Assembly (NCBI GenBank): GCA_964016885.1
Contig: OZ024743.1
Span: forward strand, 272,986,001 to 273,050,000
Source of the DNA: Eledone cirrhosa
Lineage: Eukaryota
Direction of reading: 5' to 3'
Length of the DNA stretch: 64,000 bases
This document shows, in pieces, positions 1 to 13,277 of this stretch. The notes under the pieces are model-generated. The model saw nothing but the letters and a program-made list of their open reading frames with translations, did no database searches and was not told the DNA's origin. A program made the position numbers and the translations under genes. Within the stretch, counting starts at the first letter, position 1, and each line of letters starts with the position of its first letter.

Positions 1-335
1 AATATAACCCAGCAAGAATTGCTTCCCCCTTCATATTAACTCTCTAAAAAGGGAAATCATATCAAACCACAGTCCACCATTTGCCTCTTTCACGGAACCA
101 TGGTTCAACCAAGCACCCTTGCGATATTAACACATTTTGAACTGCTTAACTTCAATGACTGTGCTTGTAAATCACATTATTTCTTCTTCCACATTGACTT
201 TTTACGTTCCACATTATGCACGTTTTTTTCCTCTTTCTTTTTTCTTTTCACTTCTTAAACCTTGTTTGTATATAACATTATTCTTTCTGCACCTTCTGTT
301 TAAGATGTGCGACACCACACTAATACTTTTCACTA

Positions 336-375
336 TCATTTGATAATGCATATAAATGCAGAAACCGGTAATAGA
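336..375 (+). ncRNA. Type I hammerhead ribozyme, minimal form, U3:A8 core variant (family A)
   Basis: TCAT-TTGATAA-TGCAT(ATAA)ATGCA-GAAAC-CG-GTA-ATAGA: core, 5-bp stem II, palindromic ACCGGT stem/loop III and GUA triplet. Stem I is weak (bulged). Confidence 0.6.
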
Positions 376-659
376 CAATAATTAAATATATAAATAGATA
401 AATAAATGCCATTGTTAAATAATAAATAAATCAACTAATACCTTAACACTTCACACAAAGTAAAACATTTCGTTTTAATCATTTTCTAACCCAGAAAAGA
501 GAGAGAGAGAGACAAAAAAAGGAAAAAAATAATTTGTTCTTCCTCATAATCGTCTCTTTCTACCTGTTTTCATATATATATATATTAATTAATTTATTTA
601 TATATATATATATATCAGAATGGAGGCGGTAAAAACTAGATAGACCATTACTCACCACC

Positions 660-781
660 AGAGTATTCGATACTTGGTGTAGTAGAGTGGGTAATAATGA
701 AAAATTCAGCCGGAGCTCAGCCATCGGCTTCCTGAATTTTTCATTATTACTCACTCTACTACACCAGGTATCGAATACTCT
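660..781. repeat. ~120-bp imperfect hairpin related to the family D terminal sequence
   Basis: AGAGTATTCGATACTTGGTGTAGTAGAGTGGGTAATAATGAAAAATTCAG and its reverse complement. Shares TACTT..GTAGTAGAGTGGGTAATA with 5180-5205 and lies close to a (TA)n tract. Confidence 0.8.
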
Positions 782-998
782 GTCCGTGTTGAATGCAACC
801 TTTTGAAATGTAGTCAGTTTAATATATATATGAACTTGTGGTTAACATTAAGATATGTGTTTTTTCCTCGAAGATTCCTGCTGAACCATCAGTTGTTAGT
901 ACAATGAATATTCTGGTTTAGTGTAAATAAACCATCAACTTGAGGTGACGTATATGCATTTATCGGAATTATGGAATATAGATATGATAAATACACAG

Positions 999-1038
<40 letters not shown>

Positions 1039-2559
1039 CTTGGATCGTACCTGCATTCACTAGATCATATACAAATATGAACTAAACTCATGTTAGCCAC
1101 AAACCCATGCAAAGTCAAACCGTGATCCTACATTCAACTTTACTCAGATCAGCCAAAAATTAAATTAAAACACGTCTATCCAACCCAAACCCCATCCCTC
1201 TCATCCAATCAACAACAAAAAAAAACCTCCTACGATTATTGGCATGGTATGGGGGATGCAATTCTATTGCAGCCCTGGTTTTACGTAGTGAAGTGAATCC
1301 CGTCACCTTCCATCATATAATTGACATAATCAATACAAACAACAGAAACTTCTACCGACCTATATTTCCAAGAAACTGAACCCGGTATAGAAACACACTG
1401 AAGAAAACCTTATGCGCAACTTCCGAATTGAGCTAAATGAGAGGCTGCGCTCACCTAATAATCCTTTCCAAACCCTATTCCGCTTAACAAACTAACAAAT
1501 CAGAAAACAAAATGAATGCAGTGAACCTGCAGGCTTATCGATTAAATATCTTCGTACATACGCCTAGAAGCTAACGTAAAGCAATATGATACAATCGCTT
1601 ATAAACTGAATAATAATAGTAAAACACGTAACAGAATGAAGTCAAATATATAACACCTTTAGCTGGACTACACATTCGTGTGGCGGCAATTGGTATTATG
1701 CCCATTGAGTCAGAACAACCACCAGAAACTACCACCAACCCATAATCTCAACTAACCCGACACAGTATATACATGGAAGTAAACATCATGTTCAAATAAT
1801 AGAACCTGAACTTCTCCAACCGAGCACTACAATCACCCATTATATGTAAATCAAACCATCTCACAATTATCGTACTGTGAAACACTAAAAGGAGGGAATT
1901 GAAACTAGAAGCCAAACCATAAAACATCTAAGGACATACGACAATAAAAAACAACCATGTATCAACGACTAAAGGAAAATAAAAAAGAAAACAGGAAATA
2001 TAGGAAATATATATCCGTGAAAACTTCTCAAAGTACCCCTCGCGTAATGTATTTGAAGGGGCTTATTCAATTTTAGTTTATACATCCGAATGAAGAATGG
2101 TGTGTCTGCGACGTAAACGTCTTAACCCAATAAGGATATTTACGCTGTGATGTAAAACTATAATTATATGGTTGCACTTAAATGTAGAGTAATTAAATAG
2201 TATCTCTGTATTTGATGTATAAATCGAAATATCGAAGAAAATTCTGTCTTATCGGCATCGAAAAATGACATTATGACAAGGAGACAAGTATTATACTGAA
2301 GTGGACGTACGAATTTGTATATAATTAGCACTCAGGTTTGTCACTATTTAAGATATACATTAAAAAGGGCGTGAGCAGCAGAAATGTACGATAAATTTAA
2401 ATCTATATACACAGAGTGGTTAACCGAGTCAGCAACAATATAAATACACACATTTTTCAAAAGTAGGCATGTAAACATGGTATGAAAAATTCCCTGTAAA
2501 TTATAAAAAGTGATAAACTCCTGTAACCGATTTTTGGACCTAGTTAAGGCGCGTAGGAC

Positions 2560-3470
2560 TCATGTTAAGGCGCGTATATTATCCAACCAGCAACATATAC
2601 ATTTATATATATAAACAAACACTAGAGATCTGAAGATATCCATGTGAGACTCAAATAAGACGAAATAAAAATGAGGTAGGCTATGATTCAGGTAAGATTT
2701 TACAAAGGTCTTATATAGAAAGATAGGAAATAATTCGGTAATAACGGTAATAACGGTAATAACATTGCCCTAAAGCATGATTCTGTGCCAGTTGAAGGAC
2801 ACCACAGTATTGTTCATCCCAACATCAAAATAAAGTCATATTAATCTCTGAAAATATGTAAAGATGAGTAACATGTAAAATCTATTCTCTTGAAAGCAAA
2901 GATCTATAGACAGAACGAACGAGAAAGATATATTCATTTGTATATGGTTTGAAAATGTAAGACTTAGCCCCAAATATGGCGAAGACACAATTTTCTATAA
3001 GGAAGTTGAACACTTGTTGCTGTAAAAACACAGAGATTAAAAGAAAATATATTCTCAATTAGAAACAGTAAACTCTTGAATATATTACGGATAGAAATCA
3101 GAAATCTAGTAAACATTCTCCTCAAACATGAGACAAAGGAAAATGTTGTTTCAAATTTAATAGAATTAATTTTGCAACTATTTCAAAAATAGTAAACAAC
3201 ACTCATGAATATATATACCTGATCATCGGAAAGTAAGTGCATGCTTAAATATTCGACAATACTATTTTGGTTTTGATTTCAAGTGTGTAATCTAAGATTA
3301 AATGTAAATATAATTGAAGGTGATCAGAATATTCATCATTACAGCATGTTTTGAATTCTTTCTTAAGAAATTCTTCTAAGGAAATATTGATCAATGCTGT
3401 TCAACTAAGTCTTAAAAGTATAGACAAAACAATCTCATGCTGATATCGAATAAAATAAAATGACCATATA
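2560..3470 (+). mobile_element. Possible highly decayed hAT (Charlie/GTF2IRD2-like) transposase remnant
   Basis: Only short peptide look-alikes in broken frames (e.g. QLSLKSIDKTIS near 3400-3440). No ORF or TIR seen. Confidence 0.25.
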
Positions 3471-3811
3471 ACATTGTACATATAAACAAAGAAAGTAATT
3501 AATAATCAAATACAATATACAATATAGCAAAACATTATTCTTCAAAAATATGTCATAATACGTATCACCGTCTTATTTTGAAACCTATATTTTTCTCCAT
3601 TGCATGCAATCATAATTTAATTGCAATTTAATTGCAAAGTGCTGTTTTGCTTTCATGAATTTAATGAAAAATATATATTTTCACTTTAATAGAACATTAA
3701 ATCGATTGGGGCACAATGTTTGCTGTGTTCAATAATTTCTTTGTTACTAATTCGGTCTAAATTTGAATATATTGTGTAATGTTAGAAGTTTTATTATTGC
3801 CAATACATAAA

Positions 3812-3995
3812 GGGCAGGGGATTCGCAGAATCAGTAGAGCGTCGGATAACATGCTTTGCAGCATAGAGGTACGGCCCTTTACGTTCTGATTTCAAATTCC
3901 ACCGAGGTTAACTTTGCATTTCGTTTTTACATAGTTGATTTAATCGACTTTCCCACCCCAACAAAAATTGCTCGCCTTGTGCCTAAATCAGAAAT
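3812..3995 (+). mobile_element. Diverged SINE copy
   Basis: Matches SINE consensus segments TTCAAATTCC.CCGAGGTTAACTTTGCATTTC and GCCTTGTGCCTAAA. Confidence 0.7.
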
Positions 3996-4024
3996 CGTTA
4001 TTGGTAATACATATGAAATATACT

Positions 4025-4177
4025 TGTTTCTACTTTAGGTACAAGGCCAGCAATTACCCAGTGCATTACTGGTACTTTATTTTATCGACCCCGTAAGGAT
4101 GAAAGGCAAAGTCAACCTCGGCGGGATTTGAACTCAGAAAGCATGGCGTCCGATCCTTACCGATACTGCCAATCCAC
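4025..4177 (-). mobile_element. tRNA-type SINE with target-site duplication
   Basis: GGATGAAAGGCAAAGTCAACCTCGGCGGGATTTGAACTC core, with AATACATATGAAATATACT on both sides. Confidence 0.9.
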
Positions 4178-4643
4178 AATACATATGAAATATACTGCAT
4201 GGACGACAAATTTTATTATTTTTACATCTTTAGAAACATCTATAATATTCAATATGTTGGTCATCAGATTGAATTAGGATTAGAAGATTTCATGATGCTT
4301 ATAAGTTAACTAAAGGAAATAGCTTCATAACGGGGTATATATGGGGCTTACATACCCCTATTAAACTATTTTGTGCAGTTGAAAACACGGTGAAATCTAA
4401 TTCTAATACAATTTCACACACACAAACACACACACATATATATATATATATATTTATGTTTGTTGGTTCCCCACATGATATAACTGATCATTCCGTATGG
4501 TCAACCTCGATGTAATATTCAGGACAGCACTCGACATAATGCAAATCACCCGTCTTCGTTTGTGTTGTTGGTGGTGCGTGTACGGAGTTGATTATTATAA
4601 AATAACAGGAAGCTGGACTGGTGTAATTCCTTAAAGGTTTATT

Positions 4644-4701
4644 ATACTATGAACATTTCAATGACCGGGTTCAGTATGAATCCGGTGACATCATCAGGTA
4701 T
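4644..4701 (-). ncRNA. Type I hammerhead ribozyme (family B)
   Basis: Minus strand: ATAC-CTGATGA-[TGTCACCGG ATTCA TAC TGAA C CCGGT CATT]-GAAAT-GTTC-ATA-GTAT. Stem I ATAC/GTAT, extended stem II, AUA triplet. Confidence 0.7.
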
Positions 4702-4851
4702 TCGAAATTTAACAAAGGAATATAATCCATGAAGCTGAAAAGGCAGAGTGACAAGAAGGTGGCCACCCACTTAGCAGTGGGCGGCTGACCGAACTAGAAA
4801 CTGCTACGAATGTATATTTGAGTGCGCACACACACACACACACATACACAC

Positions 4852-4895
<44 letters not shown>

Positions 4896-4940
4896 ATATA
4901 TATATGTGAGAAAAACCACAGACCCTCCATCTCAACTCTA

Positions 4941-4976
4941 CTTCTGAAAAGCAGAAGAACTGCGAAACCGGTAAAG
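4941..4976 (+). ncRNA. Minimal hammerhead with C3:A8 mismatch (family C)
   Basis: CTT-CTGAAAA-GCAG(AAGAA)CTGC-GAAAC-CG-GTA-AAG. All three stems are present but position 8 (4949) is A. Confidence 0.65.
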
Positions 4977-5217
4977 GAACCAAATAAATATATATATTTT
5001 TTTAAAAATAAGACTCCAGTTGCATTTTGGATTTCAACTCTTTTTCTTTATACTTTCACTCGTGTAGGACACCTCGGTTATTTTTCATTTGGTAAAAAAA
5101 AACCTCACTTTCTAATATATATATAACGAAGGAAATGTGGTAAGGAACCAGGTGGACCATAACGCACCAAAGTACTCAATACTTAGGGTAGTAGAGTGGG
5201 TAATAGCAACAAGTAAG

Positions 5218-5311
5218 ACCCCGACGGCTGAGCTCAAGCCGTTTCGACGGCTAATTCTGGACTGAATGAAAATTTATTCTGGTATTTAAATAGCCGAGCT
5301 TATCAAGGGGT
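5218..5311 (-). ncRNA. Type I hammerhead, U3:A8 core, extended stems II and III (family D)
   Basis: Minus strand: ACCCC-TTGATAA-GCTCGGCTA...TAGCCGTC-GAAACGGCT-TGAGCTC-AGCCGTC-GGGGT. Stem I ACCCC/GGGGT, GUC triplet. Confidence 0.8.
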
Positions 5312-6602
5312 AATTCCATATATGGTCAAAGAGACAATCACCAGGATTGGTCACATCACAAGTTAGTAGTAAATCGGTGATGGTAAATTGGTGGGGGAAG
5401 GAGTAGCTAAACCTGCCGGTAGGAGAAAAAGGGAGAGGGGGTGGAGTAGACCCATTCATGCGTTGGTAGTGCCGGCTACAGCTGGGCTTGAGGTCAAATG
5501 GATACTGGGGAGGGGGAGGGGGAGGAATATAGGCTATATAGGCTATAAGACCCCACTTGCCTATTTTGTAATGGGTAACCCCTGCTTGCCAATGGAGACG
5601 TAAGATCTTCTTTTACATACTTTTATCGCTTCCTCTATATTTCCTACTTCCCCCCATCCCTCCCTTAGTCCTTCTACCCCAGTTCCTTTTCATTGTCGTC
5701 GTCTTTTTCTCGCCCACCCGAGGTAGCCCCTCGGTCCCTTGTAGCTTCAACACCCCCACCCCTTCCCCTATTCTATGATAGATTTGGCTGACTCCGCTTT
5801 TTATAGCAGAGGTGTTAGACTTCGGATACTTGCCCCCTTCTCCGACCGCTGTCCCTTTTTTCCGTGTCTTCTATATTTCTTAGTGGCATCTTTGCTTTAA
5901 TTTCTCGTTTATCCAGTATTTCTTTCTTCTTTTTCCCTTTTGTTTGGGGGGGGGGGGGGTGTTTCTGTATTAATTTTCCGTTCTTTACTTTTACTTCGTA
6001 CGATCTTTCTTGTAGCGTGTATAAGACTTTTCGTTTCGTGGCGGTACCCTTAGAGTTAGCACTAGTATTTTTTTGCGGGACCCTAAATTATATTCTCGTA
6101 CTAGATTACTTTCTTGCACTGGGTGGTTGCTGGCCCTGTGATTGGGGTAGAAACCTTTATTATTTCGTGGCAGTCTCTTTAGTATTTTATTCTTCATTAT
6201 ATATATTTTTAAATTTATTTATCTATTCTTTTATTCACGTATTTGTTTATTTATTTATTTATGTATTTCTTTAGCCCAGCAATAGCGAGAGACTTAAGTC
6301 TTAGTAACCAGACTTTGCTTATTTTTTTTTCTCTCTCAGTACTGTTTATAGTTTTAACCGTCATTGTTCTACTTACCGTTTCGAATTCCTCACCCTCCCC
6401 CCTCCCCAGTATCCATTTGACCTCACGCCCAGCTGTAGCCGGCACTACCAACGCATGAATGGGTCTACTCCACCCCCTCTCCCTTTTTCTCCTACCGGCA
6501 GGTTTAGCTACCCCTTACCCCACCAATTTGCCATCACCGATTTACTACTAACTTGTGATGTGACCAATCCTGGTGATTGTCTCTTTGACCATATATGGAA
6601 TT

Positions 6603-6696
6603 ACCACTTAATAAGATCGGCTATTTAAATACCAGAATAAATTTTCATTTAGTCCAGAATTAGCCGTCGAAACGGCTTGAGCTCAGCCGTCGGGGT
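6603..6696 (+). ncRNA. Family D hammerhead, second arm, G5>A (probably inactive)
   Basis: ACCAC-TTAATAA-GATCGGCTA...TAGCCGTC-GAAACGGCT...AGCCGTC-GGGGT. Confidence 0.65.
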
Positions 6697-6706
6697 CTTA
6701 CTTGTT

Positions 6707-6749
<43 letters not shown>

Positions 6750-7511
6750 GAATGTATACGCATACATAGTTGTATGAATCCTAATCTGTATTCATAGAGT
6801 CAGTGAAAATACAATTCTACACTGAATATATAATTCAGATTATTCTGCTGTTACTAGGGTCTGTGAAGATGTATGCTTTACAGATAAACTACGAATTAAC
6901 TAACTACATTTCCATGTTTAAGAGGAGATTTTGTTACATGATTTTGAACAAATCATTTATTCCTATATCTGTTTCTGTTTCCAGGTGTATCAGGGGAAAT
7001 ACATATAATTTCTTTCCTATAATTTTGTTCATCTTTGTTACTCGACTATCGTTACAAATCTAATGTACTTGAATACACGCTTGTTTTAATATGAACAAAG
7101 CTGAGAAAAATTACACTCGATATATTTGCTCTACTACATAAACACACAATTTTACATTCTGTACTACAAACCATAAAGGTAATCTATAGCGCCGTCTATA
7201 AAACAGCTTTTATTCTTTGGAAAGGCTTTCATTTTATGCTCCAACATTAATATATGGTGACTCCAGTGAAAACAAAATCAGCATTTATACATTGGAAGGT
7301 CTGTAGAATCAATTGTTGAAATAAAACGCGAAAAGTTAGCGATGCGATAAAAATTGCGTGATCGTCGGTAAAAGTATATGGTCATTACTTACTATATTTT
7401 AAGCATCTAACGGTTGAGATTGCCAAGATCAAACACTCTTGATATACTCTTAATAGACAAAAATGGAAAAAATATTGAATGCTTCAAATTTTGTCATAAA
7501 TATTGAGAAGT

Positions 7512-7716
7512 CTACTACTACTACTACTACTACTACTGCTACTACTACTACTACTTCCTCGTTTTCCTATCTAAGCATTGCAACTCATCTACAGTCCACC
7601 CAACGTACCAGCACCAAATCTTAGCAAGGATACTGCAAAAGTTTAAAGCGCTTCATATCTATTTCTGCCACTCAACTTGTGTACTACTTCTAATACTTCT
7701 GCTACTGCTGCTGCTG

Positions 7717-7752
<36 letters not shown>

Positions 7753-7800
7753 ATAGTAGTAGTAGTAGTAGTATTAGTAGTAGTTTTAGCGGTAGTAGTA
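7512..7800. repeat. (CTA)n/(TAG)n trinucleotide microsatellites
   Basis: Direct reading; explains the poly-L/V ORF at 7643-7897. Confidence 0.95.
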
Positions 7801-7974
7801 ATAAAGTTGGGTGGTAGAAATAGATGTGAAGCGCTTTATACTTTCGCCGTATCTTTGCTAAGATATGGTACTGCTGTGGTTGGCTGGAGAGTAGCAATGC
7901 TTGGATAGGAATACGACAACGTTACTCATTATGCACGAACCTTTCATTTAAGGAGTGAACTTAAAAGTTTATCT

Positions 7975-8625
7975 TCTTCGGACGCTAAACTCTGCCAGTT
8001 GCAGACTGCACATTAACATATGATATCTCTCTCCTCAAAGTCCGACCACCAGCAGCAGAGTTCAAAGAGCAAACATCAAGTCCAGTCCATGAATGGACAT
8101 TGTCAAGCCATCGTTTTGGCTGGCGGCATCTGCTTCCCTTACCAGCCAACGTTCCTTCCAGGCATAACCTACACACACCTCAAGTTGATCTTTTAATATC
8201 GCCGTATAGTTTGAGTATTCATAACTTGACAATTGATGTAATTGGTCTAAGTTTGGTGATGTTGAGCAGCTCACTGTAACAGATACGGTCGGTGAGCCGC
8301 TTGCCAGTCATAAGTCCCATGATGTGGTTCTGGAAACTAAAGAGATTCTGAAGTGAGCTTGTCGTCCAATTAACACAGTCAAGACCATATAACACAACTG
8401 GAAGGACGTAAGTATCAAAGGTTATAGCCTTCAAATGATAGGAAACTCGTTTTGATGTTAGTACTTCCTTGTTCTTGTTGAAAGCTGCCCAACCTAGAGC
8501 GATTCGATATTGCGCAGCAACCAGTCCATTGTTGTTTGCTGATATTTTGTGACCGAGGTATACAAATTCCGTAACTTGAACAATTTTCTGGTTGTAACGC
8601 ACCGACATTTACCGGTTTATGCTTT
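7975..8625 (-). mobile_element. RTE-clade LINE, 3' fragment (C-terminal to the RT core), frameshifted
   Basis: ORF pieces VTEFVYLGHKI...RIALGWAAF...YVLPVVLYGLDC and LEGTLAGKGSRCRQPKRWLDNV are typical RTE ORF C-terminal motifs. Confidence 0.85.
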
Positions 8626-8629
8626 CTCC

Positions 8630-9780
8630 CGTCAACTATTCATATTCCTCTAAGAAGTTGCTAAACACCTCGATTTGTAAGGTGTTCGACACGATGACTG
8701 TGACGTCGTCCGCATATACCGACGCTGCCATATCACGTACCGGTTCGAGCGGGATGCCCTGAAACAGATCCAGCTTCAGCGGTGGTTGCTCGAGTGTCCG
8801 TTCGTACAGAAGGGAGGAAAGACAGCATCCTTGAAAATCCTAGCGCGTGTTCTGGAACGGATCAGATATGTGGCAATTTAAATTGACCATCGAGCAGATG
8901 CCGCTGTGAATTGCAGTGCTCCAGCCTCTGAATATGACACTGATGTCAGTTGCCTTGACGGCAGCCTCCAGGTTTCGATACTCAACCCTAACGAAAGCTT
9001 TCGATTGATCCAAATTGATCAGAGCCCAACCAAAGACGGTTCTCTCCCTAATTTCTGAATGAGGTAGCGCATGAGGTGGCAGTTGTAGTATATTGACCAG
9101 GTGGGTATTGCACACGTCTACTCCTCCCAAACAAGAATTTGAGAACAGCGTCAACCTTGTTGCTAACTACTTGGCTACATTTCTAAACTGTGTTGAGCAA
9201 AGATTTGAACTGGAAATTATCTATAATGTCCCCCTTGTTCTCGTCTTTTCTTATCAGCGTTACTGCACCCCACCTCACAGAACTGTAAAATAACGCGTCC
9301 TGCTGGCAGCTGTAGTAGAGTGTTTCAAAGACATCAAACAAGCCGGGCATGTCTATATAAGATTGTAGGGAAGACTATCAGAACGGGGCGATCTGTAACA
9401 GCGCTTCCAGTAGCTGTTATCAACTTTTCACAGCACTGGGTATCAATCGCAGATAGCTGTGCCAGGCCCTTGAGGTAGGAACTGTCGTCCACCATCTTCT
9501 CGGATATCTCGCTCTCTCTGAACAGCTTCACAAAGGGCTGACGAAATTCCGCACGCATCTGCTTTGAGTCGAGCATCACGTGAACGTCCGCCAAAGATCA
9601 AATTGTGTATTTGTTGCCTGCTGCACCTCTTCCACTCGGGCCCCTCGAACATCTTTCATTCCCTGGGTGTTTTTAGAACACGAGCCTTAGCTCTAACTAT
9701 GCAACGTTCATGTTTCGCATTGAAGGAAGTATTCAGGGCTTTTCTAATTTAATCAAAAAGGTTTGTATATATCTCGTTTG
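8630..9780 (-). mobile_element. L1/Tx1-like LINE reverse transcriptase remnant
   Basis: Minus strand VYADDVTV (about 8697-8720) and LINLDQSKAFVRVE (DxxKAFDRV motif), in multiple broken frames. Confidence 0.75.
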
Positions 9781-12247
9781 GTAAAATGTGACTGAGTATC
9801 AATGTTAATCTCAGAGCAGCTCAATTAATTTCTTCCGACAAATACAAGTCTTTCCGTGTCTGAAAATGTATGTCTCTAAAGCAAACACCTTTATATAGCT
9901 TTGTTTTGTGTTGCAGAAATATGTTTTTGTCTCCTTCTCGTTCTCACCATCGTTATTCGGTGACGATGCGAAGCACTTCGAGCCAAAAGTGAACAACAAT
10001 TTCAAATTAAGTTCATTGGAATAATTTTTTTAACAGGGAATACAAATGAATAAAATTTGCGCACCTTGTGAAATAGTTAAACGTGTAGAATTTATTAATT
10101 CAATGCAGGTAAAATTTCCAAACCAGCTTGTGAAGAAAGTGCTAATGTCTGAACAAAGTCAAGTCAAACAAAAAATAAACAAAATCTTTAAAATCCTTTT
10201 TTTAAAAGAACATGCTAATTGAATAAAAGTCATTAGTATTTAAGCCAGGCTTTAGGCGCGTAAAAATATAAACCAATTTGTGAAAATACAGGGGAAGTCA
10301 TTATCATAGATATGTTATCAGAAAGATTTCAAACATCGACAGAAAGACATAAATTTGGACAGCTAAATCAAATCATGTGCTTCACTTTTACTTAATTTTA
10401 GCGACCCTCGAAGAATGAAATAGAAAATTTGTGTTGGCAGGATTTCAACTCAAAACATGAAGCACCGAAACTATTGCCACAACCCTTTTTGTTGTACGTT
10501 CTGGTTCTGCCAAATCAATAATCAAATTGTTTCAAAGTGAGTGGGTTGTAATGAGAATTATTGCTTTTATTTCCAACGTAATATCATCTAAGAGAAATTA
10601 ATAGTAAAGGAGTGTGAATTGGCACAATGGTTACAGTTTCCGACAAAAACACATTGCGAATATGTTGAATAGGTGCCGAAATGTCAAATACTTAAGAGAT
10701 TTGCTTCATAATCACGACTTTCTTCGTTCGACTTCATTTCAACTGAGCGTCGGTTTCAAACCATTCTTTTGGGAAGATGACATCTCTTTAGAAACATTGT
10801 CTGCACGTGTAAGTCTTATTGCGAACCATGCAATACTGCACGTGTAAGCCTTATTGCACACCATGCAACACGTGAATCCTTTTAAACCTTACATTAGGCG
10901 CACATGTATTCGTGGAAAATCTTATATATTAATGTAACTAACAGGCTTTTACACCGAGATTGGTAAATATCTCGGTACATGGATTTGAGGTGTACATAAC
11001 ATAGTCGCATAGAAAATACTTTACCAGAAATCGGAAGAACATCTTTTAACACTAAATACTAAAATTGAGAAAATAGAGCGTTTATTGCCTTAAATAAATA
11101 ATTTCATTTTGGCATTTTGAAATTACTTCTACTCACAGCCGACAATGGTTTTTATAGATATTTTACAAGAAATTATTTTCTACATTCTACATGAAACTGA
11201 TATATCGATGAAGATTTTAATATACTACCGAACATTCTGATAAAATGCACCGCTTGTAAATAAATTTATGGGTGTTGACCTTTTAGACATTAATGTTTAT
11301 TGAATATTGAGTCCACGACATTAAATTATAAATTGGATATTTGAATAATTGAAACTATACATTCAGGTATATTACACTCTTGGAAAAGTAATATGTACTC
11401 AAAACACGATAAACTTTTAAAGCAAGAATTTTTAATAGCCTCTTCAGCTTTTTTATAGTGAGATTAAAATTGATCACCTATGTATAGATTTGTATTCGAT
11501 CAACAGTATGTAGCTGAAAATGTGTACACTTTAACAGCAGCAAGAACACTGGCACGATGAAGCTAAATTTCGATCATTTGACCACAATAGTACCACCTAT
11601 AAGCATGCATGAGCAGAAGGCAGTGTGACAAACCTAAAGATAAGTTATGACGTAAGTGCGGATAATTTTTTTTATTTAATCTTGTACAATGGAATATAGA
11701 TCAGTATGTTGATCAGTAAATAGATTTTTCGCATGTGTGCTGAAATATTGCTATATAGCTCTTTAACTGAACAGAGATAAGTAGTTTTGTATTTCATTAA
11801 ATAGAATAATGAATATTTAGAGTATAGCTTATTCTGATTATTAAACCTAATTTTGTAATTTTATAGTAAATTTCCGAAGACATTTCTAAAAATTAACAGT
11901 TTAGAATCGCATAAAAACTGCATGTATTATGTTTTCCTCTACCATAGATTTATGATTCTATGCCAATATAACGATCGCTTGTTTGTATTACATGTAGAGA
12001 TGTAACATTAATGCTTAGATGGATATGGATTTTCCTTGGCGCCTTATGCCAACATTTTATGGTAAAGGTGTACTTAGCTTAAAGTGTTGTAATGTATTTA
12101 GTACTATCGCATATTTTCTGAAATATTCATACATTATACTAAACTATATGAGGAGTTGCAGCTTTCATAAATGTTCCAAACGCCGATTATTATTCCCAGA
12201 AAATTGGATTTACAAATACTGAGCAAATGCCATATATATATACATAT

Positions 12248-12300
12248 ACTCTTTTACCTGTTTCAGCCATCCGGCTGAGGCCATGCTGGGGCACCGCCCT
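12248..12300 (+). repeat. Short fragment of a common interspersed repeat end
   Basis: TACTCTTTTACCTGTTTCAGCC...GGCCATGCTGGGGCACCGCC between TA tracts; resembles an abundant octopus repeat (recognised from memory). Confidence 0.5.
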
Positions 12301-12428
12301 TATATATGTATATATAAACTTATATTTTTAATACATTACCGTATTCATCCATTTCACAGCGTTCATGCGGGAACACCCTACACACACGCACACACATATA
12401 AATAAATATACATATATATATATATATA

Positions 12429-12508
<80 letters not shown>

Positions 12509-12598
12509 TTCCAGGTTCAATCGGGGGTAACCACAGTAAGTAAGATACGCAATAAAACAATTCTAATCCTGTAGAAGACATTTCTATATTAAATGTTG

Positions 12599-12635
<37 letters not shown>

Positions 12636-12650
12636 AATATATATATATAT

Positions 12651-12866
12651 ATAATAATAATAATACATTTGAAGACTAAAATCCAAAGAGGGCTCGATAA
12701 TCATAAATATATATCAAATATATAAGAACCGTAGAGTAAATATTTATTAAAATAACAGATTAAAGTTTAAGCAAAGAATCGCTTCTTTCACCCTTAACGG
12801 GATCTTCTGAAGATCCCGTTAAGGGCGATTCTTTGCTTAAACTTTAATCTGTTATTTTAATAAATA
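12651..12866. mobile_element. Family E element: terminus after (TA)n plus palindrome 12741-12866 centred on a hammerhead core
   Basis: CCCTTAACGGGATCTTC-T-GAAGATCCCGTTAAGGG centre at 12808. A second copy lies at 17901-18075. Confidence 0.75.
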
Positions 12867-12874
12867 TATATATA

Positions 12875-13036
12875 TAATACAAGTTAATATAAATTAATAT
12901 ATTTGATAAACACAAATACCAACATATCCGTGTTTGTATTGTAAACGACTAAAGTTAGTTAGTCGTTTACAATACAATCACGGGTATGTTGGTATTTGTG
13001 TTTATCAAATATATTAATTCATATTAACTTGTATTA
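12875..13036. repeat. ~160-bp hairpin/palindrome
   Basis: TAATACAAGTTAATAT...GTAAACGACTAA-AGTTAG-TTAGTCGTTTAC...ATATTAACTTGTATTA. Confidence 0.9.
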
Positions 13037-13112
13037 CACGACTCGGAAATACTTTTTTCTTTGAGATATTTCATTGTAAAGGACTGACTGAGGTTTGAAC
13101 AGATTATTAATA

Positions 13113-13160
<48 letters not shown>

Positions 13161-13164
<4 letters not shown>

Positions 13165-13233
13165 CGAAGGAGATGTGGTAAGGAACCAGGTGGACCATAA
13201 CGCACCAAAGTAGTCAATACTTAGGGTAGTAGA

Positions 13234-13234
<1 letters not shown>
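13161..13234. mobile_element. Truncated family D terminus inside (TA)n
   Basis: ATAACGAAGGAGATGTGGTAAGGAACCAGGTGGACCATAACGCACC matches 5123-5195, with TA repeats on both sides. Confidence 0.85.

Positions 13235-13277
<43 letters not shown>

Larger units (their letters stand above)
5123..6710. mobile_element. Penelope-like non-coding element with ~320-bp inverted repeats (family D), bounded by (TA)n
   Basis: 5205-5525 is the near reverse complement of 6384-6706. Each arm has a hammerhead, the interior is pyrimidine-rich, and the same terminus recurs at 13161 and 17701. Confidence 0.8.

Noticed and set aside
1040-2000. A/C-rich segment possibly from a LINE ORF1 (zinc-knuckle-like text near 1675-1710)
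   Set aside because: There is no open frame and the motif is too degenerate to support a call.
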